A program made the translations under genes and the position numbers. Positions 39,213 to 49,286 of a stretch of 64,000 nt of DNA are shown here, piece by piece (position 1 is the first letter of the stretch; each line of letters opens with the position of its first letter). The notes beneath the pieces are model-generated. The model had not been told where the DNA came from, ran no database searches, and saw only the letters and a list, made by a program, of their open reading frames with translations. This stretch comes from an uncultured Syntrophaceae bacterium. GTDB taxonomy: Bacteria; Desulfobacterota; Syntrophia; Syntrophales; UBA8958. The stretch spans positions 1 through 64,000 of the forward strand of contig CAZYDG010000080.1 in the NCBI GenBank assembly GCA_964645835.1, written 5' to 3'.

Positions 39213-40235
39213 ATGGAAAAACGGTTGATAAAGAAAGACGCTCTGGCAGGGATCGTAAAAAAGATAGGCGCCGATCTGACCATCTATGCACCGGTGAAGG
39301 TCGAGGACAACGTCTTGTTCAAAGTGCTGGAAAAGGGGGAAGAGCCCCTCACCGTATATGCGAACAGCAAGAATGCGCCGAAGAACTTTTTCTTTCCCCG
39401 TACGGAAGTGATGATGCGCTATACGCGGACCACCAAGGGTATGGAACTCAAGAACGAAGAGCTTGCGTCTACGGAATCCGTCCTATTCGGCGTCCGCCCT
39501 TGTGATACGCGCAGTTTTGCTCTTTTGGACATGCTTTTCGATCAGGAAAAATATAAGGATCCCTACTATATCGAAAAGAGGAACAAGACAACGATCGTCT
39601 CCCTGGCCTGCTCACATCCTCCCTATTCAACGTGCTTCTGCACCTCAGTGGGCGGTCGTCCCGTGGATGACAAGGGCAGCGATGTCCTGCTGACGGACCT
39701 GGGGGATCAATATCTGGCGGAATTCGTGACGCCCAAGGGAGAAAAACTGACCAAATATTTCGGTGACGCAAAGGCCGATGACGGGGCGGAAAAGAAGAAG
39801 GAAGCTATTGCCGCCCAGGCGGAAGGTGAGATAAAATCACATATCCCCGCTAAGGAGATCAAACCGATCCTTGACGTGAACTTCGAGCACCCCTTCTGGA
39901 ACACGATTCATCAGAAGTGTCTGGCCTGCGGAACCTGCACGTACCTGTGCCCCACATGCCACTGTTTTGATATCAGCGACGAGTCAAAATATGATGACGG
40001 CAGGCGCCTGAGAAATTGGGACTCCTGCATGTTTGCCCTCTTTACGAAAGAGACCTCGGGCCACAATCCCCGCACGTCTCAAAAGGAGAGATGGCGTCAG
40101 CGGACCATGCATAAATTCAAGTATTACGTGGATAACTTCGATGCCATCGCCTGTGTGGGTTGCGGTCGGTGTGTCATGTCCTGTCCGGTTAATATTGACA
40201 TCCGGAAAATCGTCGAAGACATTTCGAAATTATAG
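39213..40235 (+). CDS. AsrA/HydB-like Fe-S subunit (anaerobic sulfite reductase subunit A / sulfhydrogenase beta family)
   Basis: About 340 aa with C-terminal CLACGTCTYLCPTCHC and CVGCGRCVMSCP ferredoxin motifs. Pairs with the downstream FAD/2Fe-2S subunit, as in AsrAB/HydBG. Confidence 0.7.
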   Translation: MEKRLIKKDALAGIVKKIGADLTIYAPVKVEDNVLFKVLEKGEEPLTVYANSKNAPKNFFFPRTEVMMRYTRTTKGMELKNEELASTESVLFGVRPCDTRSFALLDMLFDQEKYKDPYYIEKRNKTTIVSLACSHPPYSTCFCTSVGGRPVDDKGSDVLLTDLGDQYLAEFVTPKGEKLTKYFGDAKADDGAEKKKEAIAAQAEGEIKSHIPAKEIKPILDVNFEHPFWNTIHQKCLACGTCTYLCPTCHCFDISDESKYDDGRRLRNWDSCMFALFTKETSGHNPRTSQKERWRQRTMHKFKYYVDNFDAIACVGCGRCVMSCPVNIDIRKIVEDISKL

Positions 40236-40252
40236 CAGCGCGGGAGATTGTC

Positions 40253-41092
40253 ATGCAGAATCCATATGTACCTTATCCGGTTGAACTGATCAAAATCGTG
40301 ACTGAAGTGGACACGAAGGACATCAAGACCTTTCGCTTTGCCTTCGTGAATAAGGAAGACGAGGCAAAATACAGTTACATTCCCGGTCAGTTCGGTGAAC
40401 TGTCCGTCTTCGGGAAAGGAGAGTCGCCCATCGGGATCGCCTCTTCCCCCACGAACCCCGGTTATGTCGAATTCACCGTTCAGAAGGCCGGTGTCGTAAC
40501 GTCGGCCCTCCATGAGATGGAAGAGGGTACCCGGATGGGCCTTCGCGGCCCCTTGGGCAATTCCTGGCCCATTGAATTTCTGGAAGGGAAAAACATCGTC
40601 ATCGTCGGCGGCGGTTTCGCCTTCACGACCCTGCGGTCCCTCATTCAATACATGATTCACGACGAAAACAGAAAGCGCTTCGGCAAGATTACAGTCATCT
40701 ACGGAGCCAGAAACCCGGGCTTGCTGCTTTACAAGGACGAACTGGAAGTTTGGGCGAAGCGGGGTGACATTGACCTGAATGTCACCGTGGACAAGGGCGA
40801 TGCCGGCTGGAAGGGGCGCGAAGGGTTTGTGCCCACGGTCTGCAAGGAAGTGGCGCCGAGCCCCGAGAATGCCGTGACCCTGATCTGTGGACCCCCGATC
40901 ATGATCCGCTTTACGCTGCCTGTTTTCTTTGAATTGGGCTTCTCTAACGAGAATATCATCACATCTCTGGAAATGCGCATGAAATGCGGTATCGGCAAGT
41001 GCGGCCGTTGCAATGTGGGCAGCAAGTATGTCTGCAAGGACGGTCCGGTCTTTTCCCTGGCCGAGCTTGACAAGCTGACGAAAGAGTATTAA
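40253..41092 (+). CDS. AsrB/HydG/PyrK-like FAD/NAD(P)-binding subunit with C-terminal 2Fe-2S
   Basis: Ferredoxin-NADP-reductase-like fold motifs (RFAFV, GGGFAFTTL). C-terminal CGIGKCGRCNVG cluster. Confidence 0.75.
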   Translation: MQNPYVPYPVELIKIVTEVDTKDIKTFRFAFVNKEDEAKYSYIPGQFGELSVFGKGESPIGIASSPTNPGYVEFTVQKAGVVTSALHEMEEGTRMGLRGPLGNSWPIEFLEGKNIVIVGGGFAFTTLRSLIQYMIHDENRKRFGKITVIYGARNPGLLLYKDELEVWAKRGDIDLNVTVDKGDAGWKGREGFVPTVCKEVAPSPENAVTLICGPPIMIRFTLPVFFELGFSNENIITSLEMRMKCGIGKCGRCNVGSKYVCKDGPVFSLAELDKLTKEY

Positions 41093-41187
41093 TTTCTTTT
41101 CAGTTTTTTCCAGGGACAGAAAAGTGCTGATCAGAGGGGATGCCTGGGTATCCCCTCTTTTTTTATAGCAGAGGAGACTGATAAAAA

Positions 41188-42024
41188 TTGAATACCATAA
41201 CAAAGAAAATCCAGTTGTCCGAGAATGTATGCCAGATGGACATTGAGGCCCCGGAGATTGCGCGGAAGCGCAGGGCGGGGCAATTCGTCATCCTGAAGGT
41301 GAATGAAACGGGGGAGCGGATCCCCTTGACGATTGTCGACTCAGATGCCGCCAAGGGAACGATAACGATCATCTTTCAGATTGTCGGAAAAACGACGGAT
41401 CTCATGTCGCATCTGAACGTTGGCGATAGCTTTCAGGATATCCAGGGACCGTTGGGAAACCCTACAGAGGTCGAGAACTACGGCCATGTAGTGTGCATCG
41501 GCGGCGGTGTCGGCGTCGGGGTCATCTATCCTATCACGAAGGCTTTAAAAGAAGCGGGAAATAAGGTGACGTCCATCATCGGTGCCCGTACGAAAGACCT
41601 GGTGATCCTGGAAGATGAGATGCGCAAGGTTAGTGATACTCTCGTCGTCACAACGGATGACGGGAGTTACGGTGTCCACGGTTTTGTCAGTGCCGTCCTT
41701 CAGAAGATGATCGCCGAAGGAGAAAAAATAGACCGGGTCTTTGCTATCGGTCCTGTTCCCATGATGAGGGTTGTCGCCGATGTCACCCGTTCCCACGAGA
41801 TCAAGACAATCGTCAGCCTGAATGCGATTATGGTCGACGCTACGGGCATGTGCGGCGCCTGTCGGGTGGCCGTTGCGGGGAAGACGAAGTTCACATGCGT
41901 GGACGGTCCGGAATTCGACGGCCACGAAGTGGATTTCGACATATTGACAAAACGGCTCCGCATGTATTGCGAAGAGGAAAAAAAGTCCTATGAAGGGCAC
42001 AGGTGTGGATGGAATGGAAACTGA
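41188..42024 (+). CDS. nfnA: NfnA/SudB-like subunit (FAD, 2Fe-2S) of NADH-dependent ferredoxin:NADP+ oxidoreductase
   Basis: PyrK-like fold with CGACRVAV...C cluster. Immediately followed by, and overlapping, the GltD-like partner. Confidence 0.75.
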   Translation: MNTITKKIQLSENVCQMDIEAPEIARKRRAGQFVILKVNETGERIPLTIVDSDAAKGTITIIFQIVGKTTDLMSHLNVGDSFQDIQGPLGNPTEVENYGHVVCIGGGVGVGVIYPITKALKEAGNKVTSIIGARTKDLVILEDEMRKVSDTLVVTTDDGSYGVHGFVSAVLQKMIAEGEKIDRVFAIGPVPMMRVVADVTRSHEIKTIVSLNAIMVDATGMCGACRVAVAGKTKFTCVDGPEFDGHEVDFDILTKRLRMYCEEEKKSYEGHRCGWNGN

Positions 42025-43435
42025 ACCGAAAAAAGAGAAGAAAGAAAAGATTCCCCGGCAGGCTATGCCGGAGCAGGAGCCGGGGGAACGGCGACGAAAC
42101 TTTGATGAAGTGCCCCTGGGGTATAGTTCTGAAACAGCCATTTTAGAGGCTTCGCGTTGCATCCAGTGTAAAAAGCCGGGCTGCATTACCGGTTGCCCTG
42201 TTGATGTAAAGATTCCCGAATTTATCAAACAGATCGTCGAAGGGGATTTTCTGGCCGCTGCAAAGACGCTCAAGGAAACGAACAGCCTTCCGGCTGTTTG
42301 CGGCCGGGTCTGTCCCCAGGAGGATCAATGCGAAAAACTCTGTATCCTCGGCAAGAAAGGTGATCCCGTGGCCATTGGTCGCCTGGAGCGTTTTGCCGCA
42401 GATTTCGAACGGGCGTCGGGAACGGTTGAAATTCCTGCCGTTATTGAGGCAAAGGGGAAAAAGGTCGCCATCGTCGGCGCCGGTCCATCGGGGCTCACAA
42501 TCGCCGGCGATCTGGTCAAACTCGGTTATGACGTCACGATCTTCGAGGCCCTTCACAAGGCCGGAGGGGTACTGATATATGGGATTCCTGAATTCCGCCT
42601 GCCCAAGGCCATCGTCGATGCCGAGGTTGCGTACCTTGAAAGGCTGGGCGTCAAGATTGTCCTCAACGCCGTTGTCGGCAGGCTAAAGACCGTGGATGAG
42701 CTTTTTGAAGAAGGATTCGACGCCGTCTACATTGCCGTCGGCGCCGGTGCCCCCGTTTTTATGAATATCCCAGGAGAGAATCTGCTGGGCATTTACTCGG
42801 CCAACGAATACCTGACGCGGTCGAATCTTATGAAGGCATACCGGTTCCCCGAATACGATACACCTATCGTCCGCGGGAAGAACGTCGCTGTTGTTGGCGG
42901 CGGCAATGTGGCAATGGATTCCGTCCGGACGGCCTTGCGTCTGGGGGCGGAAAATGCCTATATCGTTTATCGCCGTAGCGAAGTGGAGTTGCCTGCCCGG
43001 AAGGAGGAGGTCCATCATGCGCAGGAGGAAGGTGTCCAGTTTCTCCTGCTGACGAATCCTGTTGGGTACATCGGTGACGAACACGGCTGGGTGACGGGCA
43101 TGAGATGCATCCGTATGGAACTTGGTGAACCGGATGCTTCAGGAAGGCGCAGCCCCGTTCCGATTCCGGATTCGGAGTTCATCATTGATGTGGATACAGT
43201 CGTCGTATCCGTAGGGACCATGGCCAATCCCGTCGTCCCGTCGACGACACCCGGCCTGGAGACAAATCGCTGGGGCTATATCGTGACAAAAGGTGAATCG
43301 GGCGAGACGACCCGTCAAGGCGTCTATGCCGGAGGTGACATTGTGACAGGGTCCGCCACGGTCATCCTGGCCATGGGCGCAGGCCGTCAAGCCGCTCGCG
43401 CCATTCACGAGTATCTTTCCGGGAAAGGGTGTTAG
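42014..43435 (+). CDS. nfnB: NfnB/SudA-like subunit (GltD-type: two 4Fe-4S, FAD and NAD(P)H sites)
   Basis: CIQCKKPGCITGCP and CGRVCPQEDQCEKLC Fe-S motifs. Two Rossmann motifs (VAIVGAGPSGL, VAVVGGGNVAMD). ATG overlaps the nfnA stop. Confidence 0.8.
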   Translation: METEPKKEKKEKIPRQAMPEQEPGERRRNFDEVPLGYSSETAILEASRCIQCKKPGCITGCPVDVKIPEFIKQIVEGDFLAAAKTLKETNSLPAVCGRVCPQEDQCEKLCILGKKGDPVAIGRLERFAADFERASGTVEIPAVIEAKGKKVAIVGAGPSGLTIAGDLVKLGYDVTIFEALHKAGGVLIYGIPEFRLPKAIVDAEVAYLERLGVKIVLNAVVGRLKTVDELFEEGFDAVYIAVGAGAPVFMNIPGENLLGIYSANEYLTRSNLMKAYRFPEYDTPIVRGKNVAVVGGGNVAMDSVRTALRLGAENAYIVYRRSEVELPARKEEVHHAQEEGVQFLLLTNPVGYIGDEHGWVTGMRCIRMELGEPDASGRRSPVPIPDSEFIIDVDTVVVSVGTMANPVVPSTTPGLETNRWGYIVTKGESGETTRQGVYAGGDIVTGSATVILAMGAGRQAARAIHEYLSGKGC

Positions 43436-43473
43436 GCTAAAGGCTAAAGGTCTTCTTCATTTTACGATGTTTT

Positions 43474-43532
43474 GTAGTCCAGCCCTTTAGGGCTGTAAAA
43501 AAGAAAGCAGGGCTAAAGCCCTGCGCTACATT
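43474..43532. repeat. REP-like palindromic repeat, second copy
   Basis: See 30166-30220. Confidence 0.4.
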
Positions 43533-43552
43533 AGGGTTAGGAATTGCAAACA

Positions 43553-43594
43553 AAAAAAAGGCCGGCAGAGCGCTAATCTGCCGGCCTTTTTTTT
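43553..43594. terminator. Bidirectional rho-independent terminator between the convergent nfnB and atpB genes
   Basis: A-run, gccggcagagcgctaatctgccggc hairpin, T-run. Confidence 0.7.
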
Positions 43595-43606
43595 GTTATG
43601 AGAATC

Positions 43607-44266
43607 TTAGTGGTGTTCTTCCATGGCGCCTGCAATGTACATCATGGACAAGAGCATGAAGACGAGGGTCTGAATGAAGCAAATCAAGAGCTTCAGGACC
43701 AGAATGGGCAGCGGTACCAGTAGGGGAACAAGAAGAAGGATAACGGCGAGGACGATATGGCCGCCTTCAATGTTTCCAAACAAACGGAACGTCAGGGAGA
43801 CGGGGCGTGCGATATGGCCGACAAGTTCGATGGGGATCATAAGGGGAGCAAGCCACGGATTTGGTCCGACAAACTGTTTCAGGTATTTCACGCCCTGGAC
43901 CTTGACTCCGACGATATGGGTCAGCAAGAAAACGATCAGGGCCATGCAGAGGTTGGTATTAAGATTTCCCGTCGGGGATTCGAAACCCGGGATGAGTCCC
44001 AGGACGTTGGAAACAAGGATGAACAGGCCGATGGTGGCAATGAGGGGAAAGAATTTCTTCCCATGTTCGCCCATTGTGTCGAGCAACAGCGTATAGAAGG
44101 CGTCGATGATCACTTCCATGATGTTCTGGATGGAGCCGGGGTTGATGTTTAAGCGGCGCGTGGCCAGAAACGACACCAGAATCAATAAGGCCATGACCAG
44201 CCATGTATAGGTCACATGGGTGGGTATGGAAGGGAATGCAAGGTTAAAAAACGACATGGTATGCAT
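43607..44266 (-). CDS. atpB: F0F1 ATP synthase subunit a
   Basis: 219 aa, 5-6 TM helices. Conserved stator arginine motif (LTFRLFGN). Confidence 0.9.
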   Translation of the reverse strand: MHTMSFFNLAFPSIPTHVTYTWLVMALLILVSFLATRRLNINPGSIQNIMEVIIDAFYTLLLDTMGEHGKKFFPLIATIGLFILVSNVLGLIPGFESPTGNLNTNLCMALIVFLLTHIVGVKVQGVKYLKQFVGPNPWLAPLMIPIELVGHIARPVSLTFRLFGNIEGGHIVLAVILLLVPLLVPLPILVLKLLICFIQTLVFMLLSMMYIAGAMEEHH

Positions 44267-44269
44267 CTT

Positions 44270-44665
44270 CTATTGAACCTCCTCAAGGCAGTTTTTTTTT
44301 GATAGTGTCATGACAGCGGTCAAAACAATGTTGATCAAGACAATGGAGAGACCAACGAGCAGACCGATGACATCCACGATATGGCTGGAGATAATGAAAT
44401 ATAAAACAACGGCGGAAACACCGAAACGAATGTAGTATTTAAGCATGACACGGGTTTTGGCCCGGTCATCCAAGGTTTGAAATACTTTTTTCAAGTCGTG
44501 ATTGAGCCAGTGATAGTTAATAATGCTGATGAATCCGCCCAGGAGGACACCAAGGGTAAACAGGGATGAGAAAAGGATCTGGCTGACTAGTACGAATGCG
44601 CCCAGCATGATCCAATTGAAGACTTCAAGTTTTTGCTGGAACGGATCTTTTTCTGTGAATTTCAC
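44270..44665 (-). CDS. atpI: ATP synthase protein I (AtpI)-like small membrane protein
   Basis: About 120-130 aa, 4 TM helices, located between atpZ-like and atpB. Start uncertain (44665 or 44608). Confidence 0.6.
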   Translation of the reverse strand: MKFTEKDPFQQKLEVFNWIMLGAFVLVSQILFSSLFTLGVLLGGFISIINYHWLNHDLKKVFQTLDDRAKTRVMLKYYIRFGVSAVVLYFIISSHIVDVIGLLVGLSIVLINIVLTAVMTLSKKNCLEEVQ

Positions 44666-44909
44666 TTTTTATGGACCGAATAACTATCTTTTCGTCTCTG
44701 AAATAATTTCTTATCAATTGGTACAAACTGCGGAACCCGGCAACAATGCCCATCAGCAACAGCAGAAAGGTAAAGAAGGGTGACGTTCCCAGCTTGTTAT
44801 CCAGAAAATTGCCCAAAAACAACCCGCCAAACACTGCGAGAACCATGCCGATACCGATACTGCTTGCATAGGCCATCTGTGTGTAGGCTCTATTCTGTTC
44901 CTTCTTCAT
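44625..44909 (-). CDS. AtpZ/AtpR-like putative F0F1-ATPase accessory subunit
   Basis: About 95 aa, two TM helices (AYASSIGIGMVLAVFGGLFLGNFLD). RBS GAGGTG. First gene of the atp F0 fragment. Confidence 0.55.
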   Translation of the reverse strand: MKKEQNRAYTQMAYASSIGIGMVLAVFGGLFLGNFLDNKLGTSPFFTFLLLLMGIVAGFRSLYQLIRNYFRDEKIVIRSIKSEIHRKRSVPAKT

Positions 44910-45364
44910 GTTGCGGCACCTCATATCATGCAAGGGTAATGAAGTCAACAAAAATAAGACCGGCAAGCATTTGATATACCCTGTTCCAATTCTAAATCAA
45001 AGCTCTGTTTCGTTGTCTTCGTCATCACCTCCTCGAACTATTTCTGTAAACGCCTTAAGTCACTTTTTCCTTGCCGCCTGCATATCGTCTTTGAATTAGA
45101 ACCGGAATTACTCAGCTTTTGTCTGCCTTGTAACTGGGTATTTTTATCATTCCTCCTTGAAAAGGCATGTGGAGAGGTAACGTTCCCCCGTATCCAAGAT
45201 ATAGCCCCCATGGACACGGCGCATTCAGGGATTGATCAGCTGCCACAGGTACTTTGATGCCCCAAGCCCTCTTTTTATTTCGATAATCACACAGTACCCC
45301 TCAAGTATTTTTTAAAATTGCCGACATACAGGTAGCACGATAGAAAGCAGAAATATGCAGGAGT

Positions 45365-45862
45365 ATGGCGATGAAACACAGTGTTACGATTAATGGTTAT
45401 ACTGATCCGTTCATGATGTCCATGGATTGGACATTTAAATGCTTGGAAATGATTATGGATTCAGCAAATGTTGTCAGTCAACGGGCAGGTCTTGCATTGG
45501 TTGCATCACCGATTATGGACGATGACTACAGGTCTGAATTGTTCCTCATGGTTCAGGAAAAGGTTGATGCCGCTGAAGAATCGGTTCAGGCGGTTATGGC
45601 TTACATGATGGCTTGGAACCGGCAATTGGGAGCACAATCGGTTAAACATGTGATGGCCCTGGCGACAGCCATGATCTTGCCGACAGACAGTAGGGCACTG
45701 GGTAAATCCTTGCTTGATCAAGTGGAGTTCGTATTTATCATGGGTGAGACGGCAATTATGACAACAAAAGTTTCCGATAACGTCATCAATCTTGCCCACA
45801 GGGGGCTCAAGCCCTTCCATTCCCGGGTTATGGCAAACGTCAAGCGGCTTGCCGGGGGGTAA
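45365..45862 (+). CDS. Hypothetical protein (Met/Ala-rich, helical; possibly phasin-like), located in a lower-GC tract
   Basis: ORF with reasonable codon usage. No confident family assignment from sequence alone. Confidence 0.45.
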   Translation: MAMKHSVTINGYTDPFMMSMDWTFKCLEMIMDSANVVSQRAGLALVASPIMDDDYRSELFLMVQEKVDAAEESVQAVMAYMMAWNRQLGAQSVKHVMALATAMILPTDSRALGKSLLDQVEFVFIMGETAIMTTKVSDNVINLAHRGLKPFHSRVMANVKRLAGG

Positions 45863-46168
45863 AGGATCTGCTAGTTATTAAATCATTATTCTTTAAGCTC
45901 ATCTTGATATTCAATCTGAAAAGATAGGCCTTACCTACCGATACACGTACAGTTTATCATCATTGTCTATTGGTATCTATTGTGTATCCTGATAAAATCA
46001 AAGACATAATTAAAACCACCCCTGCACCACCGCTGGCGGGGGACAACGGCCCCGGTAATGTGCGAGGAATAGTAAGATGTCCAACCTCCATGGACAGCCT
46101 ATAGGCTATATAATTGGCTGTTGTGCGGATGCATCAGCTGTTGCACAGTGTTTTCATGCAGATAAAAC

Positions 46169-47563
46169 ATGACATTCATTAGACCACTTTTTTTGTTCCT
46201 CCTGTCGGCTTCCATCCTGGGTATCAGCAGCGGCTGTGCGACCTTACCAAATGTTTCCAAGAAGATTGACGCGGCGCGGTCTGCCCGGGAACCGCGCCAA
46301 ATCGTTTCAGCCAAAGGACTGTTATCCCCAAAACAGAGCAAAGCTATCATGGATCGGCTGAAGCGATGTGTCGACAATACCGACTTACTGGAACGCTACA
46401 CTGCCGTGGCAGAATCAGTCATTGAAAGTCCGTTGACGAAGGGAAACAAAGTCACTCTCCTCATCGATGGTCAGGATACCTATGCCGCAATGTTAAAAGC
46501 CATGCAGAGCGCCAGAAACCATATCAACATCGAAACCTTTATCATCGATGATGATGATGTGGGCCGTGAGTTTTCCGATCTGATGTTGAAAAAACGGTCG
46601 GAAGGTGTTCAAGTCAATCTCATTTATGACAGCGTCGGCAGTTACACTAATCCCACGGCCTTCTTTAAGCGTTTGCGGGACGGGGGAATTCAGGTAGTTG
46701 AATTCAATCCGATCAATCCGCTGAAGGCTCAGGGGGACTGGCTCCCAGCGCATCCGGATCACCGCAAAATCTTGATTGTTGACGGCAAAATCGCCATTAC
46801 AGGCGGTATCAACATCAGTAGCGTATACTCAAGTAGTAAGCTTTCGGGAAGAGATATAGACGATGAAACAGAATTGCCCTGGCGTGACACGGACGTCCAA
46901 ATTGAAGGTCCCGCTGTGGCTGAATTCCAAAAACTCTTTCTTGACACATGGTCCAAGCAGAATGGGCCTGAATTATCCGACCGGAACTATTACCCAAGAC
47001 TTAAAGAAGAGGGGAAGGAACTGGTGCAGGTCATCGGCAGTAAGCCAGGTACGGACAACAGAATCATGTTTATCGCGTATGTGGCTGCCATTACGTTTGC
47101 TGAGCATTCTATCCATCTGACGAACGCCTATTTTATACCCGACGACCAGATACTGACGTCTTTCATGGATGCAGCCGGTAGAGGTGTTGACGTAAAAATC
47201 ATCCTTCCCGGGACCACCGATTCCTCGATAGCCTTATATGCAGCGCGGTATAATTATTCCGAACTGCTGGAATCGGGGGTAAAAATATACGAACGCCGCA
47301 ATGCCCTACTGCATGCGAAAACTGCGGTCATTGACAATGTCTGGTCGACAGTCGGTTCTACCAACATGGACTACTGGAGCCTTTTAAGCAATGACGAGGT
47401 GAATGCGGTTATTCTGAGCCGTCAGTTCGCTGCTGAGATGGAAAAGATATTTGACAAGGATCTTGTGGAGTCCTACCAGATAAAACGGGAAGAATGGGAA
47501 AAGAGGCCCTTTTCCGCAAAGATTGGGGAATGGTTTGCGCATTTACTTGCCCAATGGTTGTAA
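46169..47563 (+). CDS. cls: Phospholipase D family protein / cardiolipin synthase (two HKD motifs), lipoprotein signal
   Basis: HxKxxxxD motifs (HRKILIVDGKIAITGGINIS and HAKTAVIDNVWSTVGSTNMD). N-terminal lipobox (SSGC). Confidence 0.8.
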   Translation: MTFIRPLFLFLLSASILGISSGCATLPNVSKKIDAARSAREPRQIVSAKGLLSPKQSKAIMDRLKRCVDNTDLLERYTAVAESVIESPLTKGNKVTLLIDGQDTYAAMLKAMQSARNHINIETFIIDDDDVGREFSDLMLKKRSEGVQVNLIYDSVGSYTNPTAFFKRLRDGGIQVVEFNPINPLKAQGDWLPAHPDHRKILIVDGKIAITGGINISSVYSSSKLSGRDIDDETELPWRDTDVQIEGPAVAEFQKLFLDTWSKQNGPELSDRNYYPRLKEEGKELVQVIGSKPGTDNRIMFIAYVAAITFAEHSIHLTNAYFIPDDQILTSFMDAAGRGVDVKIILPGTTDSSIALYAARYNYSELLESGVKIYERRNALLHAKTAVIDNVWSTVGSTNMDYWSLLSNDEVNAVILSRQFAAEMEKIFDKDLVESYQIKREEWEKRPFSAKIGEWFAHLLAQWL

Positions 47564-47580
47564 ACCAGCTAGAGAGAACT

Positions 47581-48804
47581 ATGACACTTAGGAAGCTATA
47601 CCTATTCTTTTTTTCTTTGGCATTGATAGTCTCCCTGCTGATTCCTGCATTAATGGCGGAGACAGGCGTATCCGCAGAGAAAAGGCAGCAGGTCTCGGAC
47701 CACTTCGATGGCATCCGATATTTTAATCCCGATGTTCCTCAAGATCCGCTATATTCTCCGGGATCGGCGCCAAAACGTGGCGCCACCTGGTGGGTATGGA
47801 ACTGGATTCTGGGCAATGATTGGCCGGAATGGCCGGAAATGAAGGATATCCCACCTGGACCGCGTCCTTTCGCCCGCGTCCGGAAAGGTGAGATCAGCGT
47901 GACCCCCGTCGGTCACTCCACGTTCCTTATCCAAATGGATGATCTTAACATTCTCACCGATCCAATTTGGTCGGACCGTTGCAGTCCGTTATCATGGGTG
48001 GGTCCCAAGAGACACAGTCAGCCGGGCATCCGTTTTGAAGATCTTCCCTCTATTGATGTCATACTGGTATCCCACAATCATTATGATCACCTTGATCTTC
48101 CTACCCTGGAGCGTCTCGCGGAGAAGGGAACACCACGTTCCATCGTGCCCCTTGGCAATCTCAATCTTGTAAAGGGTGCAGGCATCCCTACTGTGGACGA
48201 GCTTGATTGGTGGCAGTCGGTCCGCTTGTCTCCCGATGTAACGATAACTTTGGTTCCCGCCCAGCACTTTTCGAGTCGCACCCTGTGGGACCGCAATAAA
48301 ACCCTCTGGGGAGGTTTTGTCATATCAAGCCCCTCGGGTAATATTTTTTATTCCGGTGATACGGGTTACGGTCCCCATTTTCAAGAAATCGCCCGCCGTT
48401 TTTCACCGATTCGGGTGGCACTGCTTCCAATCGCCCCTTTCCGGCCACAAAAGACAAATGACTCACCACCCGCATATCGGCTCATTGTTCATATGGGACC
48501 CGTGGAGGCGGTCAAGGCGCATCTGGATCTTGGAGCCCCATTCACAATCGCAGCCCATTTCCAGGTCTTTCGGCTTGGCATCGAGGGGTTTGATGATGCT
48601 GTGACTGTTCTGGCATCGACGTTGAAAGAGCATAATCTGAAGCCGGGCAGCTTCGTCGCGCCTGTTTTTGGCCAAGCTATTATCATGCCCCCCATGCCGA
48701 ATGTATTTCCGTCGCTCGTATTTAAAAAGCAGTGTAATGGATCGAAGCTTTCAAGCAGCTGCGAGCCTGAAAATATGAATATCGAAGAGGAAGTATTTCG
48801 CTGA
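47581..48804 (+). CDS. MBL-fold metallo-hydrolase (NAPE-PLD-like), exported
   Basis: HNHYDH zinc motif. DHFDGIRYFNPD N-terminal region typical of the NAPE-PLD-type MBL family. Signal peptide. ATG 47581 follows the cls stop. Confidence 0.8.
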   Translation: MTLRKLYLFFFSLALIVSLLIPALMAETGVSAEKRQQVSDHFDGIRYFNPDVPQDPLYSPGSAPKRGATWWVWNWILGNDWPEWPEMKDIPPGPRPFARVRKGEISVTPVGHSTFLIQMDDLNILTDPIWSDRCSPLSWVGPKRHSQPGIRFEDLPSIDVILVSHNHYDHLDLPTLERLAEKGTPRSIVPLGNLNLVKGAGIPTVDELDWWQSVRLSPDVTITLVPAQHFSSRTLWDRNKTLWGGFVISSPSGNIFYSGDTGYGPHFQEIARRFSPIRVALLPIAPFRPQKTNDSPPAYRLIVHMGPVEAVKAHLDLGAPFTIAAHFQVFRLGIEGFDDAVTVLASTLKEHNLKPGSFVAPVFGQAIIMPPMPNVFPSLVFKKQCNGSKLSSSCEPENMNIEEEVFR

Positions 48805-48891
48805 TAGGAAGGCAAAAGACCAATACTATGTTCTATTAGAGCTTGCCTTTCGGCTGTTTTGAATCTGAGGTATGGATTAAGGATCTACTAT

Positions 48892-49260
48892 ATGAAGAAA
48901 GTGATTCCGATATTACTCATCATGCTTATTTTGCTGGTTGCGGTAAATGCTTACGCTCAAGATTCCCGGGAGACGGCTAAAATCAAGTATTTAATTGCCT
49001 CAGTCGAAACGCTGGAAGGGGCAAAGTTTATCAGAAACGGCAGAGAGTATGATGCCCGGTCGGCGGCAAACCACTTGCGCCTTAAGCTCAAAAATGCGGG
49101 TAGCCATGTAAAGACAGCGGAAGATTTCATCAAGTTTTGTGGCTCTAAATCTTCTATGTCAGGTGAACCATACCTAATAAGGCTTAAAGATGGCACTATT
49201 TTGAAAACCGAGGTATTTTTCAGGAAAAAGCTCATAGCGTTTGCTAAAGATGGACCATAG
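48892..49260 (+). CDS. Small secreted hypothetical protein
   Basis: Signal peptide (MKKVIPILLIMLILLVAVNAYA), about 120 aa. No family recognised. Confidence 0.45.
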   Translation: MKKVIPILLIMLILLVAVNAYAQDSRETAKIKYLIASVETLEGAKFIRNGREYDARSAANHLRLKLKNAGSHVKTAEDFIKFCGSKSSMSGEPYLIRLKDGTILKTEVFFRKKLIAFAKDGP

Positions 49261-49286
49261 CCCCACATAAGTGTACGGCCCCATTA

